Positions 1 through 9,853 of a DNA stretch of 64,000 nt are shown piece after piece. This DNA comes from Patescibacteria group bacterium (lineage in GTDB: Bacteria; Patescibacteriota; Microgenomatia; JAMCZE01): the NCBI GenBank assembly GCA_023485845.1, contig JAMCZE010000010.1:156046-220045 (forward strand), written 5' to 3'. Positions within the stretch are counted from its first letter, which is position 1; every line of letters starts with the position of its first letter. A program made the position numbers and the translations under genes. Below the pieces are notes generated by a model that saw only the letters and a program-made list of their open reading frames with translations, was not told the origin of the DNA and did not search any database.

Positions 1-468
1 GCTGGGAAGAGTGGGATCTCGGCGGAATTTCAAGTTCACTAGATTATCTTTTCCATCAAAGATTGGCGTTACGATATTCTTACCGTCCCAACCGATTAAA
101 AATTTTTTTATTGTGTCATCAGTATACCCACGTTTTTTATGTAGCCAATCCAAAATATCTTTATGATTCCAAAGGTCGTTGTGATACCGGAGAATATCTT
201 CCTTGTCTAACGGTGGGAGTTCATATTCCTCTTTTTCTGTTAAACTCTTGAATTGAATGTCTCCGTCGGGTAATGAGAGTTCTTTTTGAAGTGTAGGAAA
301 CACACCCCCCTCACCGCAGTGGAAACAGTGCCAAAGTCCAGAAGCTGAGTTAATGTAGCATTTTTGTTTGGGGTTTTTGCAAAAAGGGCAAACTATCCGA
401 ACTTCCTTACCTTCGGAAGTAGAAATAAAAAGAATGTTTTGCCGTGTAAGATATTCTGAAAATGTCAT
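1..468 (-). CDS. Zinc-finger DNA primase or primase-helicase, N-terminal part (runs off window)
   Basis: Manual translation from ATG at 468: MTFSEYL...VCPFCKNPKQKCYINSASGLWHCFHCGEGG...WLHKKRGYTDDTIKKFLIG...PIFDGKDNLVNLKFR. Open to base 1; ATGA overlap with upstream ORF; not in ORF track. Confidence 0.75.
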   Translation of the reverse strand, partial: MTFSEYLTRQNILFISTSEGKEVRIVCPFCKNPKQKCYINSASGLWHCFHCGEGGVFPTLQKELSLPDGDIQFKSLTEKEEYELPPLDKEDILRYHNDLWNHKDILDWLHKKRGYTDDTIKKFLIGWDGKNIVTPIFDGKDNLVNLKFRRDPTLPS

Positions 469-659
469 TTTTTCCTCACTTCCCCTTCCATTTGCAATTT
501 GTTTTTCCAACATCTCGGGGCAGCTTCCGAATAAATCAAGCGAAAAAGTTTAAGCATCGCAATAGCCTTCACTTCCGCTTCCGCATCAGAAAGATGTTCA
601 CCGAATTGCGTGACATAAATTTCTTTGAAACTGGAAATTGCTTCTGCCGATAAAGTCAT
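465..659 (-). CDS. Small hypothetical protein of the mobile element
   Basis: 64 aa ORF coupled by 4-nt overlaps to both neighbours. Confidence 0.65.
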   Translation of the reverse strand: MTLSAEAISSFKEIYVTQFGEHLSDAEAEVKAIAMLKLFRLIYSEAAPRCWKNKLQMEGEVRKK

Positions 660-937
660 GTTTTGTCATTTGAAATTTGATAAAGTTTGTCTTTTAGTGT
701 TTTGGTTGCCATCTCGAATTCACGAGCGTCAACCATCACTTCCGGAGAATTTTTTTCTGCAAAATTAAACGACTGCACCAAGCTTTTTCTTTCCAATGTA
801 TCCAAAAACACAAACTGTGATCTTTGGGGAATTGCCCGATCAATGTCAACCAATCGAAGACCCTTTACATACAAGAAAATCGCACAGTAGAAGTTCGAGG
901 TAGCAAAATGTTCATTGCCATACGAATTTTTATCCAT
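656..937 (-). CDS. DUF5659-like small protein
   Basis: FATSNFYCAIFLYVKGLRLVDID...FVF pattern; precedes primase. Confidence 0.55.
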   Translation of the reverse strand: MDKNSYGNEHFATSNFYCAIFLYVKGLRLVDIDRAIPQRSQFVFLDTLERKSLVQSFNFAEKNSPEVMVDAREFEMATKTLKDKLYQISNDKT

Positions 938-1554
938 ATGGCAATCGTAAAAAATATTAAGTTACTTGCATATTGTAGACTTAGCGGCCCCAAAACCTAC
1001 ACCCCCTTCAAGAAATCACGATATTGCTTAATAGCTCTTATTATTGCCCCCTCTGTAACATTCTTTTCCAACTTATATATGGCTTTATAACTCACCCCGT
1101 TCATATGTTGCCGGTACCACTTTCTATCTCGTTGCAAATTCGACACGGTGTCTGGGAGTTTTCTATACGGTTCGTCGTTAAATACCGCGACTAGTTTATC
1201 GTCATTAGCAACTGCGATTGTTTTAAAGTAATACTTCCGCATAAAATTGAAGGTTTCCATCACCTCACTTGGGGAAGACTCCTTGTTCACTTGAATAGTT
1301 GCAACTTCGTTACCTTCGTCCATTTCATCCCGTAATTCTTTAACTGTTTTGCTATCTAAAATAAGCATTTGAGTTGCCAAAAAATCATCCGATTGAACGC
1401 GTCCATTCAAGATAGAGGCCAAAATAACAGGCAGGTAGAGTCTATGCTTTTTATGTTTTTTTTGTAAAACCTCGGCGAAAACGAGAGCCGCAGCCAAAGG
1501 CTTATCGAGTTGACTAAGATAGATATGTTTTTCATCACAAACCCCTCGAAGTAA

Positions 1555-2095
1555 GTGACACTCCTCGCAGCAAGCTGCGAGGCATCTGCATTGCTAAAAT
1601 AGCCTGAGTTGGTCTTTTGATATTTGGACATAGTCTTTTGGTCTTCCTTGGTTTCTGATGTACTTTTGGATGACTGTCTCAGAATTGCTTCGTCCTACTG
1701 AATTTACGAAATACCCGTCAGTCCAAAACTGGGCTCCCCAAAGGCTTTCCCTCAACCCGGCAACTCGTTTGAGAAGTTCCCGGGCCAGGATACTTTTGAC
1801 CGTTCTGGCAATTTTGGTAGGAGAATATGTAGGCACTGACTGGATCAAAAAATGGACATGATCACCGTCGGCCCCAATCTCCACAAAATGCATCTCGTAC
1901 CTTTGGGAAATTTCCTGACAGATCTGTTTTAGTTGGGCATCCACCTCTGTCGAGATCACGAGTTGCCTTCCCTTGGCCACACAAACCAGATGGTACAAAA
2001 GCACCGAGACATTGTGCGCTTTGTGTATGTAGATACTCACGCATACAATTTTACCCTCTCGCGGCAAAGCCGCGGGGAATGAACCCTAAAAGAGA
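1555..2095 (-). mobile_element. IS200/IS605-family element, tnpA only, copy 1 (541 bp)
   Basis: Subterminal hairpins 1563-1582 and 2060-2074; inserted 3' of TGAA with no target duplication; matches copies 2 and 3. Confidence 0.95.
1594..2040 (-). CDS. tnpA: Y1 HUH transposase
   Basis: YHLVC, DHVHFL (HUH), FWTDGYFV, KYIRNQ; likely GTG start at 2040. Confidence 0.95.
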   Translation of the reverse strand: MSIYIHKAHNVSVLLYHLVCVAKGRQLVISTEVDAQLKQICQEISQRYEMHFVEIGADGDHVHFLIQSVPTYSPTKIARTVKSILARELLKRVAGLRESLWGAQFWTDGYFVNSVGRSNSETVIQKYIRNQGRPKDYVQISKDQLRLF

Positions 2096-2355
2096 TTCAA
2101 CTGTACCAAAAATGTTTAAATGTCCATTTTTATAAAAATTAACAACATTGTTCGCTTCACCATAAGTAAACTTGGGAAATAAATATGGTACAGACGTAAT
2201 CCCCGCCTTTCTCCTAACATCTGCAATATCAATTAAGAAACTTTCCTGGTCTACAAGGCGAGCAACCAAGCGAGCTTTATTTTCATCATCCCTGATGTCA
2301 ATATAAATTAACTGGGTGCACATATTCATCTTTATTTATATTTTTAAATTATCTT

Positions 2356-2691
2356 TTAAACATTCATTTCTAACATGCCCTTGAACCTCTGCTTCCGGTA
2401 TTTCAGGTTCAGGCACTTTCGACAACCAATTAAACTATTTACTATGTGCCGGTATATTACTCCCACTCGACGGGAGCACCTAGGACATATGAACCAAAAT
2501 CTCTCGCCGTCAAATTTGGTCTTTGAGGTTGTTAGCTTAATTTGAACCCCTAAGACATCCGTGTTTGCTGTTAAAAACAGCTTCTTAAACTCCTTATTTG
2601 CCAGTCTTGTCAACTCGTCAACTGACAATTTTTCGGATAACTCAACGAGCTGTAAAGTTCCTAAATCGTATGGGCTTATTAAATTATTCAT
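2356..2691 (-). CDS. Hypothetical zinc-ribbon protein
   Basis: WFICPRC...GCRKCLNLKY motif. Confidence 0.7.
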   Translation of the reverse strand: MNNLISPYDLGTLQLVELSEKLSVDELTRLANKEFKKLFLTANTDVLGVQIKLTTSKTKFDGERFWFICPRCSRRVGVIYRHIVNSLIGCRKCLNLKYRKQRFKGMLEMNV

Positions 2692-3250
2692 GGTTATTTG
2701 CTTGTACAATCTGGTTTTGTCCAACTACCGCTGTCTCCGTCTTGATATTGACCTGCATAGTTGGCTGTCGCATAGTTTTTAGGGCCTGCATGGATGCTAG
2801 AAAGTGCCTATTTGCCCTGTCTAGTTCTTGGCCTAATACCTCTAAAAATCTTATATCTATCTTTGAAAGCCCTTCCTCCCTCGATAAGATACTATTTATT
2901 CTTTGTTGAGTTTGCATTGCCCTAACGAGATTTATTGCTGCTATTTCAGCGAGGGCGTTCTCACTTGGGGTTTTACAATCAAATTCGGCTCGGAGCTTTT
3001 GAAAGTAATCAAGCGCGAAGGTTCGAAAGAGATCAGAAACGGAGTTCCCTAACAATAGTCCCCTATCAAATTCAAAGACCGTCAGTGCTTTATAGAAATT
3101 ACTTTCTGGTTTTAATGGCCCAGCTTTTTGACCAATCTCCTTAATTCCTTCTTGTAGGACATGTTTTGGGTCGATGCTCAATTCAAGTTCTAGAAGGGAT
3201 TTTCTAATTTCATCAAATGTTTTTACTGGCACAACTGCTTTTTTCTTCAT
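2684..3250 (-). CDS. Hypothetical protein of the mobile element
   Basis: Long ORF overlapping next gene; ATG at 3250 preferred. Confidence 0.65.
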   Translation of the reverse strand: MKKKAVVPVKTFDEIRKSLLELELSIDPKHVLQEGIKEIGQKAGPLKPESNFYKALTVFEFDRGLLLGNSVSDLFRTFALDYFQKLRAEFDCKTPSENALAEIAAINLVRAMQTQQRINSILSREEGLSKIDIRFLEVLGQELDRANRHFLASMQALKTMRQPTMQVNIKTETAVVGQNQIVQANNHE

Positions 3251-3319
3251 ACCGCATTGTAATGCCCCGTTATATGTTATTGTCAAGTTAATTGAAACCA
3301 AGGAAGTAACCAGAAAGCT

Positions 3320-3535
3320 TTAGTCGAATAGCTCAGAAAGTTTTATTCCTAAAACACGGGAGATTTTATCGGCGGTTTTAATTGATGGTACGCGCTGACC
3401 TTGTTCAATAAATCCGACGTAAGTAGAAGAAACGCCGATTCTTTCGGCTAATTCCTCTTGTGTAAGTTCAGCTTTCTTTCTGGCTTTTTGAATTTTTTGT
3501 CCAACATTTTTTAGTTGCCTAGTATTCACTCTCAT
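3320..3535 (-). CDS. XRE-family HTH regulator
   Basis: LTQEELAERIGVSSTYVGFIEQGQRVPS. Confidence 0.92.
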   Translation of the reverse strand: MRVNTRQLKNVGQKIQKARKKAELTQEELAERIGVSSTYVGFIEQGQRVPSIKTADKISRVLGIKLSELFD

Positions 3536-3638
3536 GACGCTATTATTACTAGCGTAGAGAGTATCTGCCTCAAACTATTTGTTAGGCTTTGTGCTAATAT
3601 CGAATAGAGAAGATTGTCTAACTATATGTTTGGGCAAT

Positions 3639-4229
3639 ATGAAAAAGATTGAAGATTTAAACAAAGGAGATCTTATTAAGGCAGACTTATATTCAAGGCC
3701 AAATTACATGGTCGGTAACTATAAAAATGGTCAAATCGTAGGACTAAATAATTTAGAAGAGGTTAAGAGTAGTGACGTTTTCTTTTTGGAAACATTAAAA
3801 GTAAGAGCTGATTCCGCTGATAAAATTTTCGCCGAGGCTGAAGCCCAAGGTAAAGATTTAAGTGATCCAAATGTATTGAAAAAATTAGGTGAAGAAATTA
3901 ACAATTTAGGAACTCCAGTTCATCAAAGTCAGTCGATAATGACGGCAGTTTTTGTTTCGTTACGATTGATGGCGTATTACGGAATTGCTATAGGGATTTG
4001 GGGACTAGTCCTTAAAAAGGGCTTCTTCGTATTTGTTTTTTATGGGGTTGTTGCGGGGTTTTTAATCAGTTTATTATCTGTCGCACCCGTAGTTGCTTTT
4101 CAGAGGACAAGGGAACGTATCAGGAATATGGTATTTGGCGCAGGTTTACTGTGGGGAAATTTAGGAATAGTTATTGGCGTTGGGGGTTTAATTGCGCTAA
4201 TCATTAGGATAATCTTTTTAGGTAAGTGA
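3639..4229 (+). CDS. Hypothetical membrane protein
   Basis: Three C-terminal hydrophobic segments; divergent from the XRE gene. Confidence 0.7.
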   Translation: MKKIEDLNKGDLIKADLYSRPNYMVGNYKNGQIVGLNNLEEVKSSDVFFLETLKVRADSADKIFAEAEAQGKDLSDPNVLKKLGEEINNLGTPVHQSQSIMTAVFVSLRLMAYYGIAIGIWGLVLKKGFFVFVFYGVVAGFLISLLSVAPVVAFQRTRERIRNMVFGAGLLWGNLGIVIGVGGLIALIIRIIFLGK

Positions 4230-4759
4230 TAAGTCCCAAATTGTTCCGTCTAATTAAATCCCAATATGATCTACCCATTAACTCTTTACATGGTTTACCT
4301 CACTGGAAGCATGTAGAAGCCCTTGGAAGGCGTCTAGCAACCTCGACCAAAGCTGATCTGCGTGTAATTACCCTTTTCGCGTATCTCCATGATTCTTGTC
4401 GTAAAAATGATGATTTTGATCCCGAGCATGGAGTCCGTGCAGTAAAATTTGTTAAAGAGTTGTTTGAAGCTAAAATGCTTAATATCACCACAAAACAACT
4501 TGAGACTTTAGTCTTTGCATGCCAGTTCCATAATCAAAAACAAATTAAGCCAAAGAATATAACTGTGGCGACTTGTTGGGATGCTGATAAATTGGATCTA
4601 GAAAGAATGGGAACTACTCCAGACTCCAATTATCTTTTTACAGAAGTGGCTAAGAAATATAACGCTGCTGGTCCAGGGGCTTCTCTGGCTATCCGAGAAC
4701 TAGCAGGATTTCTTTTGAGTAAATACAATCTTCTAACCCAAACTGGGAAAGAAATATAG
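4226..4759 (+). CDS. HD-domain phosphohydrolase
   Basis: HGLPHW, YLHDS, PEHG, CWDADKLDL. Confidence 0.85.
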   Translation: MISPKLFRLIKSQYDLPINSLHGLPHWKHVEALGRRLATSTKADLRVITLFAYLHDSCRKNDDFDPEHGVRAVKFVKELFEAKMLNITTKQLETLVFACQFHNQKQIKPKNITVATCWDADKLDLERMGTTPDSNYLFTEVAKKYNAAGPGASLAIRELAGFLLSKYNLLTQTGKEI

Positions 4760-4789
4760 TTGAAAAACTAAGAAGCGTTATGGCACCAG

Positions 4790-5803
4790 TTAGTTAACCG
4801 GGTGGGGATTTGCGAGACTTAATAACTGAGTAGCAATTATTTGGGCAATGATTGGATGACTTAATAGCTTACTGTTGATATCTCCCGGAATCTTCTTAAT
4901 TTTATCCCAAAGATCTCTAACTTTATTTTGTTCAGGTGTTGATTTTTGAATTTCAGTCTCAAGTTGAGAAACTAACTGAACCGCTTCTTCATTATTTTCG
5001 ATGTCCATCTTTCTAATTTCTTTCTTAACAGCATTAAACGCATCGCTAACCTGAGATTTAACAATGGTTGTGTTATTACTTCCATTGATTGTGGTAGCCA
5101 GAATATCTCCCCCAACATTTATTGTTTGTTGCTCAATTTGTAACGAAAAGAGTGAGTTAAATGTGGTCGGATTCTCATAAACATCAATTCCGTGTTTAGT
5201 TATTATTACTGCAACATAACCAATCGAACTTAAGTTAGCCTCAATAAAACCTCCCTCTTTTAGGTACTTTAGATTTCTTTCAATTTCAACGTCGGTAACA
5301 GGAATAGCTTTTTGCAGTCTGCCTTTTGTTACATAAGAATGGGGCGATTCCTGCCATTTCGCATAGCAAACTTTTATAATTTCCCTCCTTATTTGGGTAT
5401 TTGTTGGCATACTACTGGCAAAAATAACCTCTCGGGCAGTTGCCTCCATTGTCATAGCGGCTTGAAAGTAAATGACTCCTTCTTGTTTTTGGATACTGTC
5501 ATTACAGTGAAACACTATTTGTTTTCTTTCAGAGTCAGAAGGGTTGATTAAAGCCGGCAAAACTTGCCAAACAAAATCAGTTAGCTCGTCTTCGGATATT
5601 TTTCTACCAACACTTGCGGTCCACTGATTGATAACTCTATCGGTGACAGAAATAGAGATACCTTTTGCATTTTTATTTCCATCGATGTTGTATCTTAAAC
5701 CGACACCATAAATTATGTTAAGCGGCCCCTGAAAGCCTTTGCCCATTAACTGGATGGTATATTCGTGTTCATCGATATTTAGTGTCCTTTTGTCTTCGTT
5801 CAT
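4790..5803 (-). CDS. Hypothetical protein with possible central winged helix
   Basis: 337 aa; IERNLKYLKEGGFIE...ITKHGIDVYE resembles a wHTH. Confidence 0.65.
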   Translation of the reverse strand: MNEDKRTLNIDEHEYTIQLMGKGFQGPLNIIYGVGLRYNIDGNKNAKGISISVTDRVINQWTASVGRKISEDELTDFVWQVLPALINPSDSERKQIVFHCNDSIQKQEGVIYFQAAMTMEATAREVIFASSMPTNTQIRREIIKVCYAKWQESPHSYVTKGRLQKAIPVTDVEIERNLKYLKEGGFIEANLSSIGYVAVIITKHGIDVYENPTTFNSLFSLQIEQQTINVGGDILATTINGSNNTTIVKSQVSDAFNAVKKEIRKMDIENNEEAVQLVSQLETEIQKSTPEQNKVRDLWDKIKKIPGDINSKLLSHPIIAQIIATQLLSLANPHPVN

Positions 5804-5804
5804 T

Positions 5805-7103
5805 TCAATAAATATTATTCAACCTCTGGGCGATACTGCCAGATTCATAACTCATCTTAACTACAGCATCCCACATAATAAGATCGTCCTGGGTCGCATT
5901 CTTTCCTGAGCCTAGCCGATTGACCAAAGTTTGACAAAAGATAATTTGCCGGTCGAAAGAATCCAGTAACTTGTTAATATCATCACTGGGATACTTATCT
6001 CTGTGTTTGAGCCAACTGTCTCGCCAACCATATAAATTATTAAGATAAGTTTGTATCTCTCCCAAGTTAAGAGTTGGGCTGTTGGAAGGAACGTTGGGAC
6101 TATTTGTATAAGTAGTGGTTTTTGCTACACCTGGGATTGCTGTATTTTCACTACCTTCTTTTATTAATTTATCAACAAGTGGAGCAATAGTCTGGGAAGA
6201 AATAGCGTTTCCCAATCCCTCAAGTGGTCGGGGCAACTGTTCGTCGGTCCAAATTTCTTTTAAGGTATTGATTCCTACAACACCACATTCGTTAATCAGC
6301 GGCCCGCCAGAATTGCCGGGGTTGATCGCCGCGTCGGTTTGAACGAAATCCAAACCACCTTCGTAGCGATTCAGTCGAGAATAGATTCCCTTTGTAATCG
6401 TGGAATCACCAACCGCCGTATTTGGCCAGCCTACAGCATACAACTCTTCGGCTAAATTAAGTTTTGAGGAGTCAAACCAGTTAATAGTAAATCCTTCATT
6501 GGGAAGCTTTATGATGGCAATATCCATCGTTGGGGAGTAATTCCAAAGTTTAAGTTCTTTTCTTTCCCCGTTAAGCCAGGTGTAAAGCTTTTTGGCTCCC
6601 TCGACAACGTGTTTGTTGGTAACCGCAAATCCTTTGGCCGTCGAAAAAGCACTGCCATGACCGCCATCGTCTCTCTCGACAAGCATTGTGCTCGACTTTG
6701 CCAAAGCGATCGTTTTCTCACGGTTACAACCGTTTCGGTTTTCGATCATATTGTCACTTACCGTTACACTAGAAGACGGTTGATTATAGGAACCACTCTT
6801 GGAAATAATGACAACCAAAATCGTTCCCATGATCCAACAAGCGATAAAACCAACGGCTACCAACCTAAAAGTTTTTTTCCAAAAAGTAAAAAAGGTAACG
6901 ATCATTGTGGCAAAGGCATAAAGAAATACGATTCGAACCACATTAATCATTCCTGTTTGTGCCATTTCTGACTGGCTACCGCTAGCTTGATTAAGAAAAG
7001 GAAACATGGCTACGAAACTAACAATATTAAGAATTACAAAAAGAAGTCCACTAAGAGCAAGTTTGCCAAAAATCGAGCCAATTTTTTTGATTTTTCCTGT
7101 CAC
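5805..7103 (-). CDS. Membrane-anchored trypsin-like (S1C) serine protease without PDZ
   Basis: Three N-terminal TM segments; TNKHVV, DIAII, TDAAINPGNSGGPL triad motifs. Confidence 0.9.
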   Translation of the reverse strand: MTGKIKKIGSIFGKLALSGLLFVILNIVSFVAMFPFLNQASGSQSEMAQTGMINVVRIVFLYAFATMIVTFFTFWKKTFRLVAVGFIACWIMGTILVVIISKSGSYNQPSSSVTVSDNMIENRNGCNREKTIALAKSSTMLVERDDGGHGSAFSTAKGFAVTNKHVVEGAKKLYTWLNGERKELKLWNYSPTMDIAIIKLPNEGFTINWFDSSKLNLAEELYAVGWPNTAVGDSTITKGIYSRLNRYEGGLDFVQTDAAINPGNSGGPLINECGVVGINTLKEIWTDEQLPRPLEGLGNAISSQTIAPLVDKLIKEGSENTAIPGVAKTTTYTNSPNVPSNSPTLNLGEIQTYLNNLYGWRDSWLKHRDKYPSDDINKLLDSFDRQIIFCQTLVNRLGSGKNATQDDLIMWDAVVKMSYESGSIAQRLNNIY

Positions 7104-7140
7104 ACGTAAATTATAATCCAGTCAGCTTATAATAGAAATT

Positions 7141-7980
7141 ATGAAAAGATACCGATTATATAATTTTGATTTTGATTCCCGCGCTAGTGTTTTAAACCTC
7201 GAAATTAAAGAAGAGTGGAAAGAGGAGACTAAACGACTGCATCGAGAAAATAAAATTAAGATTGAAGAGATGTTTATTGAGGAATATGGAAAGTTAAACT
7301 GGGACCAGAAAGTTAAAAACATAAAAGACTTGGGGTCGAAACCAATTTCCATTGTCGCCTTCCATAATCGTTTTTTTAATCAGATACGGAGCAGTTTTAT
7401 TATTGGCTCTTACTACCCAGCGCTCACAGGAGCTTGTGCGTTGGGGGAACGCATATTGAACCACTTAATTTTTGCTTTGAAGGAAGACTTTAGAAACACG
7501 CCAGAGTATAAAAAGGTCTATAACATAGAATCTATTGATGATTGGGATGAGATGTTGGATATTCTGGAAAAATGGAAAATTCTCTTACCTGACGTCATAT
7601 CCAATTATCGTTTGCTAAAAAATATTAGGAATAAGAAGGCCATTCATTTTGATAAAGAAACCGACACCGAAGATAGAAAGTTGGCGCTTGAAGCAATTAA
7701 GCTTTTGGCAATGATTATCACTGGGCAATTCTCATATGCAGGATACCAGCCATGGTTTATTGAAAATACCAGAGGATCGTTTTACATAAAGAAAAACTGG
7801 GAAGACAAACCGTTCATTAAAAGAATTTATCTTCCAAATTGTCGCTTAGTTGGGCCATATCACAAACTAGGAACCAATTTTGAGGTAATTGACAATTATC
7901 CCTATACTGATAAAGAAATTACCGACGCAGAGTTTGTTAGATTGATGGAACAAGCCCGGCAAGGTATATTTTTAAAATAA
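7141..7980 (+). CDS. Hypothetical protein
   Basis: 279 aa; YYPALTGACALGE and RNKKAIH loosely resemble HEPN-like motifs. Confidence 0.65.
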   Translation: MKRYRLYNFDFDSRASVLNLEIKEEWKEETKRLHRENKIKIEEMFIEEYGKLNWDQKVKNIKDLGSKPISIVAFHNRFFNQIRSSFIIGSYYPALTGACALGERILNHLIFALKEDFRNTPEYKKVYNIESIDDWDEMLDILEKWKILLPDVISNYRLLKNIRNKKAIHFDKETDTEDRKLALEAIKLLAMIITGQFSYAGYQPWFIENTRGSFYIKKNWEDKPFIKRIYLPNCRLVGPYHKLGTNFEVIDNYPYTDKEITDAEFVRLMEQARQGIFLK

Positions 7981-7984
7981 AAGT

Positions 7985-8518
7985 ATGGATAATACATACG
8001 AGGCTGTAAGGCGTGTATTAAATGCACTAAACATAGATCAAAGCCAAAGAGATCAAGCGGAGTTATATGGAAAAATACGAAGGAAAGAAATTTCTTTGGA
8101 TGAATTTTTTGTTGTGCAAAAGCGATTGGATTTATCGATGATTAGCAAATCTACACCGTTTTCATGGAAAGATCTACTAAGAGAAAACGTTGATACCTAT
8201 AATCACGAAAGACGACATGAGGCTGTCTGGTACAAATATGGTGTAAAGACAAATTTGTTTAATTGGAACATACACCCTGACGCGTATTTTGTAATGGATT
8301 TGGATTTTCCAGAGGTTACAAAAACAAATGGCTTTAATGTCGACAAAGTAATCTCAATCTACAAAGAAATGTTGTCAGCTTCTTTCAAAAATCAAAACCA
8401 AATTACAAACTCTTACCTGATGGATGTGTTTTTCTTCGAAGTTTTGGACAAATTAGATGATTTTCGAGCAAACAGTATTTACGAGGTTTTCAAAAAGTAT
8501 AATTGGCAATACCCATAA
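7985..8518 (+). CDS. Hypothetical protein with HExxH
   Basis: 177 aa ORF containing HERRHE. Confidence 0.6.
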   Translation: MDNTYEAVRRVLNALNIDQSQRDQAELYGKIRRKEISLDEFFVVQKRLDLSMISKSTPFSWKDLLRENVDTYNHERRHEAVWYKYGVKTNLFNWNIHPDAYFVMDLDFPEVTKTNGFNVDKVISIYKEMLSASFKNQNQITNSYLMDVFFFEVLDKLDDFRANSIYEVFKKYNWQYP

Positions 8519-8564
8519 TAGTGAATTCTGCTGAATAAAAACTTGAACTTTGCTAAAATAAGAT

Positions 8565-8960
8565 ATGAGTTCAAACGTCGAGAATAGCCCGTTGAATGAT
8601 GTTTTTCAAAACGTTAATACTTGGCAAGATTTTGCTGATGCCCTTCCACCTAGTTTAATAGAAACTTTTGGGAATGATGAGCAATTTTTTCTAACAATGC
8701 GACTTCTAGATGTTAATACCCCATCAAACACTCCTATAACCCATGATGCTTTTAAAGCACTTGTGGCAGTCAAAAGAAGTGATAAGGGATTTGTTCCGTT
8801 ACCCGGAGATGAAGCGGACCAGTTATTAGACAGTTCGTTAAAATCTGGCCTATTGCTACCAATGACTACAGAAGGCCCTCTTGGGTCTCGTTTTGCCCCC
8901 AATCCCCTGTTCAAGGAGGCAATCGCACGATTTGATAAGAACGAGCCAAAAGCTGAGTAG
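8565..8960 (+). CDS. Hypothetical protein
   Basis: 131 aa; TGCTAAAAT extended -10 ends 5 nt before ATG. Confidence 0.65.
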   Translation: MSSNVENSPLNDVFQNVNTWQDFADALPPSLIETFGNDEQFFLTMRLLDVNTPSNTPITHDAFKALVAVKRSDKGFVPLPGDEADQLLDSSLKSGLLLPMTTEGPLGSRFAPNPLFKEAIARFDKNEPKAE

Positions 8961-8976
8961 TAATTTCATTTGAAGA

Positions 8977-9018
8977 TTTTGAACGTAAAAAGTTTGAATG
9001 TGTTCCATCCGGGGCTGC
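8977..9018 (+). repeat. Direct repeat X, copy 1
   Basis: 36/42 identical to 14771-14812. Confidence 0.8.
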
Positions 9019-9120
9019 TAAGAATAGTCTAGAGCGTATTGACGGCCTTAATTATGGCGTGACTGACAACAGGAACTTTGAAGAGTATTTGATCGGTGGT
9101 GCTATTCCCCACTCAACTCC

Positions 9121-9168
9121 TTGACAATCTTAAAAATACTTCCTACAATATGAATGTATATTCATATT
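9121..9168 (+). promoter_or_regulatory. Sigma70 promoter with ArsR operator
   Basis: TTGACA-17-TACAAT overlapped by inverted repeat AATATGAAT-N4-ATTCATATT (9147-9168). Confidence 0.85.
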
Positions 9169-9522
9169 ATGTCGACAGAAACTAAAAAACTCCAGAAAAT
9201 ATTAAGTCTTATCGCCAATGACAATAAGCTAAAAATTGTCCTTCACCTGGCAAAAGGCGAAGCCTGTGTCTGCGATATGGGGGAAAAATTAGGAATTGAA
9301 CAATCGCTGGTTTCTCATCATCTTAATTCCTTAAAAGAAGCCAGACTGGTTAAGGATCGAAAAATCGGTGCATGGGTGCACTACTCTCTTAATAAGCAGG
9401 AGATGGAAAATTTTTTTCAACTAATTAGCAAACATCTCGGACCGAACAATATTTCCGGCAAAATGTGTTCGGTTCATGAGGCGTGTAAATGTCTGACGGA
9501 AGGAGTCGCGTATGCAACCTAA
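9169..9522 (+). CDS. arsR: ArsR/SmtB repressor
   Basis: EACVCDM metal motif, QSLVSHHL; ATG directly after operator. Confidence 0.9.
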   Translation: MSTETKKLQKILSLIANDNKLKIVLHLAKGEACVCDMGEKLGIEQSLVSHHLNSLKEARLVKDRKIGAWVHYSLNKQEMENFFQLISKHLGPNNISGKMCSVHEACKCLTEGVAYAT

Positions 9523-9820
9523 ATTTATTATTTATGACCCGCCGATGTGTTGCTCAACCGGTGTCTGCGGACCCAACCCTGATCAATCCCTGATAAAACT
9601 GCAGGATACTCTGGCAGCCCTTAAAAAGTCCGGTTATGAGGTGGAAAGGTATCTTATCACCCAATCCCCGGAGAAATTCAAAGAAAATCCGGAAGTAATA
9701 AAACTAATTCAGGAACAACAATTAAAAGTCCTGCCAATTACTACCATGGACGGGGTAATTGTGAAGACCGGCGGTTATCCGGCATTGGAAGAATTTAAAA
9801 AGTTTGCTGAGAGCAAATAA
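9512..9820 (+). CDS. arsD: Arsenite metallochaperone
   Basis: YDPPMCCSTGVCGP signature. Confidence 0.95.
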   Translation: MQPKFIIYDPPMCCSTGVCGPNPDQSLIKLQDTLAALKKSGYEVERYLITQSPEKFKENPEVIKLIQEQQLKVLPITTMDGVIVKTGGYPALEEFKKFAESK

Positions 9821-9853
9821 ACAGAGTTTGTTTCTCGCTTAGCTCGAAATAAT

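Larger units (their letters stand above)
997..2329 (-). pseudogene. Hypothetical protein with possible C-terminal HTH, interrupted by IS200
   Basis: Removing 1555-2095 joins ...FGTVE to LLRGVCDEK... in frame, giving 263 aa. Confidence 0.85.

Noticed and set aside
1555-2095. tnpB/iscB RNA-guided nuclease with IS200
   Set aside because: The right-end hairpin follows tnpA directly in all three copies
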